NCBI RefSeq assembly: GCF_001194135.2
Contig: NC_068986.1
Location: 80,896,729 to 80,931,326, forward strand
Source of the DNA: Octopus bimaculoides
Taxonomy: Eukaryota
Length of the DNA: 34,598 nt
Direction of reading: 5' to 3'
This document shows positions 21,841 to 33,300 of this stretch, piece after piece. How positions within the stretch are numbered: the first letter of the stretch is position 1; each line of letters begins with the position of its first letter. The notes beneath the pieces were generated by a model that saw only the letters and a program-made list of their open reading frames with translations, made no database searches and was not told the DNA's origin. The translations under genes were made by a program, and so were the position numbers.

Positions 21841-22235
21841 AGGAGTGGCTGTGTGGTAAGTAGCTTGCTTAACAACCACATGGTTCCGGGTTCAGTCCCA
21901 CTGCGTGGCACCTTGGGTAAGTGTCTTCTACTATAGTCTCGGGCCGACCAAAGCCTTGAGTGGATTTGGTAGACGGAAACTGAAAGAAGCCCGTCGTATG
22001 TATGTATATATATATATGTATGTGTGTGTATATATGTTTGTCCCCCCCCCGCCCAACATCGCTTGACAACCGATGGTGGTGTGTTTACGTCCCCGTAACA
22101 TTAGCGGTTCGGTAAAATGGACTGATAGAATAAGTACTAGGCTTACAAAGAATAAGTCCTGATGTCGATTTGCTCGATTAAAGGCGGTGTTCCAGCATGG
22201 CCACAGTCAAAAAGTGTAAAAGAGTAAAAGAGAGT
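21841..22235 (+). mobile_element. SINE family C, full-length copy
   Basis: A-box-like TGGCTGTGTGG (21846-21856) and B-box-like GGTTCAGTCCC (21889-21899), a short internal TA/TG microsatellite and a 3' tail. It is flanked by the 13-bp direct repeat AGTAAAAGAGAGT (21828-21840 and 22223-22235). Confidence 0.85.
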
Positions 22236-22913
22236 CCCTAGACAGATCCAAACATCAAATATCTGTAAATTCTTCTGAGTAGTTTTTGTTGCACAGAAGC
22301 ATTCAGAACATGATTAGTTTCAGAAATAATAGGAAGTTGTAAGCTCTTTGCCTTAAGACGAGCTATGCAGGCACAGCTAGAAACGTATGGAATTGACCGG
22401 AAACATCACGTGTGCTAATGAAATATTATCATAAATTACTGAGCATTTTTCATTATCATAATGTTCGTGGCTTGATTAGATATAAAATTTCACAGTTAAT
22501 AGAAATAGGAAATAGTAATTTGTGGTGTTATAACGAATACAATACTATGAGAAATAAATACATTCATACACATATATAAATATATGTGTTATACATATAC
22601 ATACATACATACATTCATGCATACATGAATTAAAATATATAAAAATGCGATCGTCCATTTTGAAGGTGAAAATAATGCCATGTCTGAGAAAAGAAGTAAT
22701 GATCTGTTGTTGTTTCTTTGGTATTATTTATAGATTTGTTCTGGTAATGAGAAGAGACGGACAGAAATAGCGACGGAAGAAATATTGCGAGAGGAATATT
22801 AGAGGGATTTTTTTTTCTTTCGATTTGTGCTTCTTTTTTTTTATTTTTTATTTATTTATTCATTCGTTCATTTTTTTTTTATTCATTTTGCACAACGTTC
22901 AAGCGTGGTAGAC

Positions 22914-22932
22914 TGGCGACACCTAGTGGCGA
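22914..22932 (-). promoter_or_regulatory. CTCF-like motif
   Basis: Minus strand TCGCCACTAGGTGTCGCCA. The core CCACTAGGTGTCG matches CCASYAGRKGGCR at 12/13. Motif match only. Confidence 0.45.
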
Positions 22933-23094
22933 GAACAAGCCATAATCGGAGCATCGTCAAATAGAATCTATTGAAATTAATGTAGCGGGTGTTAATATCT
23001 GACCAGGGGGTAGACGCCTGCTAGGAAACGAGCCAGGAAATACAATTTCGACATCGAGTTCCGAGTAATTGACACAATAACTGACAGAAATCGT

Positions 23095-23351
23095 ATACAC
23101 ACACGCGCGTGTTTACAAACACAAAAACAAGCAAGCACACACATTTATACACACGTCTCACACTACGTCAAACACACCACACGTATAAATTACAAATACA
23201 TACCTATATATGGTATATATACATACGCATAGATGCAAATAAAGGCATGAAAATATATATAGGTGCATACGTGCAAAGACACAAAATATATACATGAATG
23301 TGTGTTTGTGTGTGTGAGTGTGTGTACATATTGGTATACACACACATATAC

Positions 23352-23433
<82 letters not shown>

Positions 23434-23460
23434 GTACATACGTATATATATACATATATA

Positions 23461-23496
<36 letters not shown>

Positions 23497-23862
23497 CACG
23501 TATAGATACAGACACATATATTCCTTCTTCAAGTCGCCACAATCCAGATATATGTGTATGTGTGTGTAGGGTGTATGTATGTGTGAGTGTGTGTGAGTGT
23601 GTGTGTATATGTGTGTGTGTGGTATACATATATAAATGTACATATATAAATATGCATATATGTATATATATATACAAATATGCATAAGCATATATACACA
23701 TGCATGTAATCAATATAATAAATATGTATATTTGTTTTCCAAGGTTCTTGAGGTCACCCTCCCATATACAAGCACATGAAATTCGGTTGAATCTACGCGC
23801 GCACACGTGTTTGCGCGCGTGTGTGTGTGTGTGTGTGTGCTCGCATGAGTGTGTGCTTGTGT

Positions 23863-23905
<43 letters not shown>

Positions 23906-23910
23906 CGCAC
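23095..23910. repeat. Long compound CA/TA/TG/CG microsatellite field
   Basis: Direct inspection; pure (TA)n at about 23353-23432. Confidence 0.9.
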
Positions 23911-24351
23911 GCTTGTATATGAGTTCGAATATTTCAGACAATTTCAGTTTTTTTAACCATCCGAATGGTGAGCAGGGATCAGAACCATGGCTTTCATATT
24001 CGAATCTTCATCATTAGAATCAAACCGTCAAACCGCTTAGTGATGGGCTGTTTCGTTGACTTTTGTTCGCTCGGAGTTCTGTTCTTGTTTTATGTAGATG
24101 AAAGAAGCTCTCGAGGAATGCATTTTCAAAATTGATACATAAAAAAGGTATTTTGCAGACATTATTCTCAGTCTGTAAGATCTGCAGATGTTTCAGCATA
24201 TTATGCATCATCAGTGCAGATATAGTGATTGCATAGCGTTATATCAATTCCTGCTAAAAGTAGAAGTATAAGAAGAGATTTTGTGTTGCTTCATTTCAAA
24301 CGCGACTAAGTTGCTCCGTTTTCTATAGAATACCATAAAACAGAGTGATTA

Positions 24352-26466
24352 CACTGGCCAACAAATTCTAACTTTTTTTCTGCTGATTTAAGTTTGAGAC
24401 CTGTTTTGGGGTAATTTAGGGTCACTGAGTTTTAAAATGGCAATAGTTTTTTTTTTTTTTTATCACGTCTATTTTTTTTTCTATGAGCTGGCCTATATTG
24501 GCCCCAGCAGTAGTTCCATGTTTGAAATGTTTGAATTCCCCTGACTCATTTTGTTATATGTGGGTGTTTTACAGTACCAAGTCAAAGAATGACCGTTAGT
24601 GACATTGTGAAAAGATCCTACTTGGTTTACTTAAAGATTAAAGTTGGTGATCAGGATAAATGGTGGGCCCGCACAATGTATGTAAACCCTATATCGAAAA
24701 TCTACGCCAATGGAGAAATGGCACAAGGAAACAACCAGCATTAAGCATTCCTATGGTATAATGGAAGCCAAAGAACTATGTAAACGATTGCTACTTTTGT
24801 CTCACAATGACTCCTGGTTATAGCAAGAGAACGTGACAGAAAATAAGATACCCAAATCTGGATTCAGTAATTCATCCAGTGCTTCACTCAAATGGAATAC
24901 CAGTATCCGTTTTCAAAGTTCTACCTTCACTGCAAGATGAAAGTGATGATATATGTGAAGTAGATGTAAGTCATGAACATAACAGTGATGCAGTCTTTGC
25001 AGAAGCATCAAGCAAAGAACGTGAAGACTTCAACCAAGCAGAACTTAATGATTAAGCTAGAGATCTAGGACTGTCTAAAGAGTTATCAGAACTGTTAGCT
25101 TCTAGGCTTAAAGAGAAGAATTTGTTGCAGAAAGAAACCAGATTGATTATTTATCAGAACAAGGAAAAAGATCTTTTGGCATTCTTAACAACTGGAAAAT
25201 ATTTTGTTCACTGTTGTGACGTGCCGGAACGGTTAAACGTGATGGATGTTGAACAGGATGATCCTAGTGAATGGAGACTCTCTTTATAGATAGTCCAAAG
25301 AAAAGTCTAAAATGTGTATTGCTCTATAATGGAAATTTGTTTAGTGCGCTTCCTATTGGTCACTCTGTACATTTAATAGAGAATTATGATTACATGAAAG
25401 TTGTATTAGATTCACTTAAGTATGATGAACATAAATGGATCTAAAAAGGGTCAACTTTTTACTTGGTCAACAAGGAGGGTATACAAAATATCCGTGTTTC
25501 CTGTGTTTATGGGATAAACATTGGGAATAGAAACTCTGGCCAGTTAGGAGAAGTTTGACTGTTGGGAAGAAGAATATCATACACCTACCACTTGTTGAGC
25601 GAGAGAAATTCATCTTTCCACTCCTTCATATTAAACTAGGACTAATGAAGTAATTTGACAAAGCTCTTAATGTGGAAGGTAACTGTTTCAAATTCCTGTG
25701 TACAACATTTCCTGGCCTAAGTTATGATAAAATAGCGGCTGATGTTTTTGATGGACCACAAATCAGAAAGTTTAATGAAACGCCAGAATTTCTCGAGCCT
25801 GTTGGCTGACATAGAAAAAAGAACATGGGATTCATTTGGGTGAATGAAAGGGCTGCAAACTACAAGGATTTGGTGGAGACATTACTTGATAGCTTTCATC
25901 TTTTAGGCTGCAACATGAGCATAAAGCTTCATATCTTCAACAGCCATCTCGATGAATTTCCTGCTAATCTTGGAGACGTGAGCAATGAGCATTGTGAGCA
26001 TTTTCATCAAGCAATCGGGATTATGGAGGAAAGATATCAAAGCCGATGGAACACACACTTGATGGCAGACTACTGTTGGAGTATTCAAAGAGACTATGTA
26101 GACATGAAATAATCCCATTGCTCTCGCGAGCGGAAACTTGTTTCATGAATATGAATGTATATGTATGATGATTTGTGTTTTATCCATCATATTAGAAAAA
26201 TTCACAGTGGGTACTTAGTAAAAGGTGATGCTATTTTACATTTCATATTCTATTGACATTATGAATTATGGTTTGAAGCTATAAGACTTAATAAACTATC
26301 CTGACCAAATAAATTATTTATACAGTACATCATAAAAGAGGGGTATGCTTTAGAATGAAAACCTGATGTATTAGGAAAAAATGGATGCCATATTTGAAAT
26401 CAGCATCTCAACATTAACTAAAGACAACCACAAAATCGAAGTCAGCAAAAAGTATGTTGACCAGTG
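24352..26466 (+). mobile_element. Chapaev3-type (CMC) DNA transposon, full length, inactivated
   Basis: 12-bp TIRs CACTGGCCAACA and TGTTGACCAGTG match at 11/12, and TTA is duplicated on both sides (24349-24351, 26467-26469). The element is 2115 bp with transposase remnants across the interior. Confidence 0.85.
24529..26112 (+). pseudogene. Chapaev3-like transposase pseudogene
   Basis: Colinear motifs across frameshifts and stops: CLNSPDSFCY(I)CG; GDQDKWWA(P)HNVC...DCYFC; FNQAELND*ARDLGLSKELSELLASRLKEKNLL; EWRL(F)IDS.KKSLKCVLL; LLGQQGGYTKYPCFLCLWD; PLLHIKLGLMK*F; VFDGPQIR; GCNMSIKLH...SHLD.FP.NLGDVSNEH.EHFHQ...MADYCW. Family assignment is from recalled motifs. Confidence 0.85.
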
Positions 26467-26785
26467 TTACCTTTTATATAATATTTCCATGTGCATGCCT
26501 GTATATAAATACATATAGTCAGCAGATGAGATACAAAAATTCTCAATATAAAAAACGCTTATTAGCGCTCAAATAATTTGAACACACTTTCTGAAACTTT
26601 TACCGAGGACTTAAGAGTCCTCGGAGTAAAGACTGGCTATAAGAGGAATCCAGGTGAGCAGATATGGAAGCAAGGATGCAAATAAACAAATGAAACTGCT
26701 TGGGTTTCATATACAAAATATATATACAAGTATACATGTAAATAGAGTGAATGCAAATACTGAACATTTTCAGACGTGTTTAAAT

Positions 26786-26814
26786 GTATGTATGTATGTA
26801 TGTATGTATGTATG

Positions 26815-26872
<58 letters not shown>
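26786..26872. repeat. (ATGT)n-(TA)n
   Basis: Direct inspection; runs into a gap. Confidence 0.9.
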
Positions 26873-27224
26873 NNNNNNNNNNNNNNNNNNNNNNNNNNNN
26901 NNNNNNNNNNNNNNNNNNNNNNNNNNNNNNNNNNNNNNNNNNNNNNNNNNNNNNNNNNNNNNNNNNNNNNNNNNNNNNNNNNNNNNNNNNNNNNNNNNNN
27001 NNNNNNNNNNNNNNNNNNNNNNNNNNNNNNNNNNNNNNNNNNNNNNNNNNNNNNNNNNNNNNNNNNNNNNNNNNNNNNNNNNNNNNNNNNNNNNNNNNNN
27101 NNNNNNNNNNNNNNNNNNNNNNNNNNNNNNNNNNNNNNNNNNNNNNNNNNNNNNNNNNNNNNNNNNNNNNNNNNNNNNNNNNNNNNNNNNNNNNNNNNNN
27201 NNNNNNNNNNNNNNNNNNNNNNNN

Positions 27225-28002
27225 TAATATCACTGAGATCATAACGAAAACATTGTTTAAGCAGACAACACAAATGGGCATTTCTTATTTTCTTATTGTC
27301 TTATTTCGTATTTTCCCGATGGACGGTCGCTTGACTGTTCTGGAGCAGCACGCTATGAAAGGTGGAATTCCATTGTTTTGGTTCAGAGATGGTGGCATGC
27401 ATGGAAAAGTATGCATGTAACACTACGTCCGGAGACAGTAGAAAGTTGTCATGCAAAGCTGATGACCACGGGCTCTGTGAACGATGCAAGAAGTGGCCGT
27501 CCAACTACATCCCAATCAGCGGAGAACGCGGTAACAATGCAGGAAATGTTTAATCGCAGCCTGCAAAAAATCAACACGTCGAGGAGCTTATGAAAGTGGA
27601 CTAACAAGACACATAATACGTACGGTGTTGCATAAAGAATTGAATTTTCATCCATGGAAACCCCATTACATGCAGGAGCTAAAAACCTGAAGACTGTAAC
27701 TTCAGAAATCCAGAACTCCAAGAAATTCAGATCTCACCCGTGTGATTTTTACCTGTGGGGTTACACAAAAGAGGAGGTGTACAAAGCAAAACCTCGCACT
27801 TTGGAGGACTTGGAGACACGGATTCAGGAGGTTCTCAATGATATCCCAGACGACGTCCTTCAGCAGGTTGTTCATTCCCTCCCTGCCGTTTTTACTTTCA
27901 TTTTCCCATATAATAAAGACCATATTTGTTTCAATAAATTTGTAAAAGGAATATGAATTTTATTATCAATTTTTAATGCCTACTTACTTTTCACCCACCC
28001 TG
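27225..28002 (+). mobile_element. Tc1/mariner (Tc3-like) element with the central DDE region deleted
   Basis: N-terminal remnants (TTGSVNDARSGRP; QKSTRRGAYESGLTRHIIRTVLHKELNFHPWKPHYMQELKPED) are joined almost directly to the C-terminus (HPCDFYLWGYTKEEVYKAKPRTLEDLETRI). The right end reads ...TTTTCACCCACCCTG at 28002; the left end is in the gap. Confidence 0.8.
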
Positions 28003-28509
28003 TGTGTGTGTGTGCGTGTGTATACACACACACGCACACACACACACACATATATATGTGTCTATGTCTCTGTGATGGGGTCTTTGTGTATGTGTTTGTC
28101 CCGCACCAATATGCATTACATCATTATAACACTACCAGCGCACTGCTGTGATATGAAAATATACCATTCCGAAACAATCAACACGCCTCAGTAACATTGT
28201 CAATACACCACTCTAACATTATAAACGCATTATCAATACCCCGCCCCTTTACTGTGAACGCAGCAATGTAATAATACTGTGAAAACCGCTTCTATAATAT
28301 ACACACAACTTTGACATTGTCAACAAACCGAATCGTTATATTTCTCACGTAAAATAGCATTGTTTAAATTATATCCTAGGAAGTTGTCTTGCTTATATTT
28401 TGTAATGGTAAATTAAGAGAAACTATCCCCCGTCAAGATCAGTATTGCAGTGAAAACGACTACAACTAAAACTACATGACGCAAACATACATAAATAGAA
28501 ATATACACA

Positions 28510-28555
28510 TACATGTATATGTATGTATGTATGTATGTACATGCATATATATGTT

Positions 28556-28652
<97 letters not shown>
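28510..28652. repeat. (TATG)n-(TA)n
   Basis: Direct inspection; runs into a gap. Confidence 0.9.
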
Positions 28653-29459
28653 NNNNNNNNNNNNNNNNNNNNNNNNNNNNNNNNNNNNNNNNNNNNNNNN
28701 NNNNNNNNNNNNNNNNNNNNNNNNNNNNNNNNNNNNNNNNNNNNNNNNNNNNNNNNNNNNNNNNNNNNNNNNNNNNNNNNNNNNNNNNNNNNNNNNNNNN
28801 NNNNNNNNNNNNNNNNNNNNNNNNNNNNNNNNNNNNNNNNNNNNNNNNNNNNNNNNNNNNNNNNNNNNNNNNNNNNNNNNNNNNNNNNNNNNNNNNNNNN
28901 NNNNNNNNNNNNNNNNNNNNNNNNNNNNNNNNNNNNNNNNNNNNNNNNNNNNNNNNNNNNNNNNNNNNNNNNNNNNNNNNNNNNNNNNNNNNNNNNNNNN
29001 NNNNNNNNNNNNNNNNNNNNNNNNNNNNNNNNNNNNNNNNNNNNNNNNNNNNNNNNNNNNNNNNNNNNNNNNNNNNNNNNNNNNNNNNNNNNNNNNNNNN
29101 NNNNNNNNNNNNNNNNNNNNNNNNNNNNNNNNNNNNNNNNNNNNNNNNNNNNNNNNNNNNNNNNNNNNNNNNNNNNNNNNNNNNNNNNNNNNNNNNNNNN
29201 NNNNNNNNNNNNNNNNNNNNNNNNNNNNNNNNNNNNNNNNNNNNNNNNNNNNNNNNNNNNNNNNNNNNNNNNNNNNNNNNNNNNNNNNNNNNNNNNNNNN
29301 NNNNTATATATATATATATATATGGCAAATGAATGACAGAAGATGGAATATACGAGAATTTATTATTAATTACGACAATTGTTTTGACATATCTAGCATC
29401 CATTCCTCATATATGTAATGGAAAAGCGACAATCAAACATACAGTCAACATCATACATA

Positions 29460-30330
29460 CAGGGTGCGATGGGTAAATTGTCGCCATTTGATATTTTCTA
29501 TTTCGCTCATGCGTATTGTTCGTTTTTGATTTTGTCGACAGCATAGTATAGTAGGGTCAGTTGGCCACCGTTTACGAGAAAAAAAAACATGACGCAATTC
29601 ACTCTGCCAGAAATTTGGAAACGATATGCTGTACTGCTTGACATTCACTCCGAAAGCCCCAATACCAACATTTTAGCGTGTTTGACTGTCAATCTGAGGA
29701 CATGTACCGAGAGTGATAAAAATCAAATATCTGGTCAACATCATGGTGTTTGGAGTAATCACTAGTGATGGCGATGTTATGCCTTCATTCATCTTCCCAT
29801 GCGGCCTCAGACTCAAAACGGAGGCCTACATCAAGTGCCTGGAGGAGGTAGTGCTGCTCTGGATGAAGAGGGTAGCTGCTGGAAGACCTTATGCCTGGTA
29901 AAAGGACTCTGCACCATGCCACACAAGCAGAAGAACCCAGTCATGGCTTTTAGACAATTTCTACATCCACATCGCTCCAAACACCTGGCTACCTAACTCC
30001 CCAGACTGCAAACACCCTGATTATAAGGTGTGGGGCGCAGTTGAACGAGAAACCAACAGAACTCCTTGTAAGACCAAAGATGAACTGAAGGCAAGGATTA
30101 TGACAGCATTCACCAACTTAAACAAGGAGACCGTCCAGAAGAGTTGCAGGAGCTTCTGAAGTCGTCTGGAGGCCGTGGTTGAAGCCAATGGCGATTTTAT
30201 TGAATAAATTTACTCTTTAGTATTTCAAGATATTTTTATGTAATTTTGGTAAATATACCTGTTAAACTGAAATGTCAGTACTATTTTCATTCTTGCGTAA
30301 TTTAGACGACAGTTTATTCACCGCACCCTG
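29460..30330 (+). mobile_element. Tc1/mariner DD37D (maT-like) non-autonomous element, both ends intact
   Basis: TA|CAGGGTGCGATGGGTAAATTGTCG ... CGACAGTTTATTCACCGCACCCTG|TA. The remnant at 29713-30207 reads MVFGVITSDGD...W*KDSAPCHTS...WLPNSPDCKHPDY..., with 37 residues between the D of DSAPCH and the D of PDY. It has two in-frame stops and lacks the N-terminal HTH. Confidence 0.9.
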
Positions 30331-30754
30331 TACATATTTACACACACACACACATATACACATACATACTCACTCGCACACATACCCATACACACATATA
30401 CACACCTAAATCTCACATACGTACGTTACGAACATATATGCATATAAACACACATACATGTATATTATATTCCTGAATGTATAGATGGGCGTGTATGTGT
30501 GTATATATACGTGTATGTGTATGTATATGTATACGCAGAGATATATGTACGTATGCATATATGTATGTACACACACATAAAAGTATACTTCATTCATATG
30601 TTTATGGAACCAGACAAAACAATTTTGTTGTTCCGTTAAAATAACCATCCGGTATTTCACAAAATTTATTCTACTTCAGTTCAACAATTACTTTTAATGT
30701 TGTTGCTGATAATGGTGATGTTCATGCTGTCGTTGTTCCCGTATGCAAATGCGT

Positions 30755-30895
30755 GAGTGTATGTGTGTGTATGTGTGTATGTGTGTACATCCATCCATCC
30801 ATCCATCCATCCATCCATCCATCCATCCATCCATCCATACATACATACATACATACATACATACATACATACATACATACGTATATGCATATATA
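30755..30895. repeat. (TG)n-(ATCC)n-(ATAC)n
   Basis: Direct inspection. Confidence 0.9.
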
Positions 30896-31141
30896 TTGTG
30901 TATGTAACTGAAGCTGAAATATTTAGATATTTGTATATATATATTTATGAAGACATAATTAAATAAGTAATTATTATTTACTATTATAATTAGAACTCTG
31001 TCACGTGCCTCTCATTGTTTGTCGTAGCTTGAAGTCGTCAACAAAATCTAATAAAGAAGCTATAATTATGTAATGGAAAAGCGATAATCAAAAATATATT
31101 AAGTGAAAGTTTTTCCTGTATTCCATGCAGAACTAACCAGC

Positions 31142-31160
31142 TACTGCCATCTGGTGTCAC
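31142..31160 (-). promoter_or_regulatory. CTCF-like motif
   Basis: Minus strand GTGACACCAGATGGCAGTA matches CCASYAGRKGGCRS at 13/14. Motif match only. Confidence 0.4.
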
Positions 31161-31696
31161 ACATCGCCAACCTGTTGTAATAACTTACTCCAAGACATAT
31201 CTATAGAAGACAAGATGGCTGTGAGGTTAAAGGTATTGCACTAATTGGTCGTGTGTCATAAGATCAAATCGACTGCAGCTGTTTTGTTGCCTCGTGTCCG
31301 ATAGATCACAAACCTATGATCAAAAGCAGTTTAAATAGTAATTATCCCCATTATCCGCAGCTGCCTCGTCAGACAATAATTATTCTCCATTCATCCCGTG
31401 TTTTCTGCAGTGTTACCACTTGCTCTAATGACATTTCCCAAAATATCTAAGTTTTAGCTTGTTCAACTTTTTTTACAAGGCTTCATTCAATTTCCGTTTG
31501 TGCCAATGCGTATTGATTTCTCTTTATGTCCAACTAATTCTTCGATAACATCAAACTTGGGAACCCTCTAACATTTTTATATCAGCTATTTTTAGGTCTC
31601 AGTGTTCGGGTCCATACGTAACCATCTCGTTTTACTCAACACCCACCCCACCCACCTACAAACACTGCATTCGGTATCTCATTATCTAAGGCATTG

Positions 31697-31915
31697 TAAG
31701 CCTGATCTGGCAGAATTGTTAGCATGCTGGATAAAATGCTTAGCGGCAATTCGTCTCATCTTTACGTTCTGAGTTTAAATTCTGCCGAGGTCGACTTTGC
31801 CTTTCATCCTCTTGGGGTCGATAAAATAAATACCAGTTAAGCACTGGGGTCGATGTAATCGACTGGCTCGTTCCCCAAAGATACCAGGCCTGGTGTCTAC
31901 AGTAGAAAGGATTAT
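31697..31915 (+). mobile_element. SINE family B (Nin/Deu-domain-like), full length
   Basis: Homolog of 20536-20752 with the core GCCGAGGTCGACTTTGCCTTTCATCCTCTTGGGGTCGATAAAATAAATACCAG. Confidence 0.8.
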
Positions 31916-32779
31916 CTCCATCGTTCTCTATTAAGAGATCCTTATTTTTTGAGTCAATGTAGGGAACACTGTTGGTCGATTTCAATTGTTTTGTTAGGTT
32001 TCTTGATAGTACAGTCTACTCTGCACGGCTTCACCAAACTGGTGAGCGAGATAGGTACTAGATTACCTTGGTAATGAATCCATGAGGATGCTTCAATGTG
32101 ACTATACGATCTACTAGAAGCAGTAGCTAAATCTCTTGCAACTCACATTCTACCTTTTTAAAAAGGACATGTTTACGACATGAACTTTGATCATATGTTT
32201 GTCTACTCTGGGTTCGCCAAGGGCTAAACAACAGTAACTGGAGACAGACTGGTATCTTATCATGGGGATATAATCTCTCATCTGCTGAACGTCATGAAAG
32301 CAGTAATAAGTTGCAGAGAAGGGGATCTCAAATGGTTTGCATTCATAATTTTTGTAGGTTCTCTCAATTGGTGGGGGTTGGTGTCATTAATACATGTAGG
32401 GAAAACGAGGGCTAAACCAACGAGGATGCCTTTACTTGATCCCAACATTTACTAGAAATAGCAGCGAAATTACCCTCAAAGTACACCCGACTAGCTTAAA
32501 GATAAACATCAGAAAATGAAGGATAGATTTAATTATGTAACCCTAAATATAACCCGTCTAAAAAAAAAAGACAGAATGAGCATAACTGAGGTACCTTTGG
32601 ACATGTTTGCTCAGCTGAGACTCAATGATAGCAACAACAACAACAACAACAACAACATGAGTTTTGTGTAGTTGCTCTATAATGAGGGTGAGGGACAATA
32701 TTGTTTCTAAAGACGTAAGGCCATTGTGGAATGATTCTTTTAAAGGATAATATTTTCTCAGCATCCGCTCAGGGTAGTA

Positions 32780-33040
32780 GTGCAGATCTATCATAGAGAT
32801 AGCTATATTGTGTATGGGTGACGTATTCTGACAAAAGGTTAAGAGAGTAAAGAAGGCCGGTATTGTCTGTATATGAGTATGAGTAGTTTAAGAAGAAAGA
32901 ATACTGGTGACATAGCCGAACCTTGTGGCACAACAGAATTTACAGGGTTGAAAAAGAAGTTCCAGTAGAGTGATGGGATATGAGACCTTCGCTCCAAAAG
33001 AGATGGATGTAAACCATAGGCAAAACTTAACAAGGAAATT
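32780..33040 (-). pseudogene. Decayed LINE reverse-transcriptase fragment (CR1/L2/Jockey-like)
   Basis: The minus strand translates to YGLHPSLL...VNSVVPQGSAMSPVFFLL, resembling the GVPQGSVLSP.LF motif of non-LTR RTs. It is followed by a degenerate PIH... segment where YADD is expected. Confidence 0.55.
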
Positions 33041-33087
33041 CTCCAATTTGTGCAGTCGAAAGTTTTACTGTATTGAAAGCAATCCTA

Positions 33088-33116
33088 TAACCCTAACCCT
33101 AACCCTAACCCTACCC
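33088..33116 (-). repeat. Interstitial telomeric-type repeat (TAACCC)4
   Basis: taaccctaaccctaaccctaaccctaccc. Confidence 0.85.
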
Positions 33117-33204
33117 GAATAGGGAGAAAGTAAAAAGAAGGTAAACCCACGCTCATAAAATCCTCGTATGCGCGCATGTACATACATGCACATAACGCTC
33201 ATTC

Positions 33205-33300
33205 TCATAGCTCTTTTGTTTGTCTTAATAACGGTCAACTTCATAGTAATCTCCCTTTATTTAACGGTCATTTTCATAGCATTTTTGTTTGTCTTAATAA
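33205..33300. repeat. Short minisatellite, about 33-36-bp unit, roughly 3 units
   Basis: TCATAG...TAACGGTCA units. CATAGC..TTTTGTTTGTCTTAATAA recurs at 33206 and 33275. Confidence 0.7.

Noticed and set aside
21841-21910. tRNA gene-like A/B boxes (also at 3420-3479 and 20540-20620)
   Set aside because: No cloverleaf or acceptor stem; they continue into repeat bodies and are SINE heads.
29460-30330. Direct or inverted repeats suggesting CRISPR or other prokaryotic systems
   Set aside because: Eukaryotic intron-containing locus; the repeats are TIRs, TSDs and microsatellites with no spacer array.
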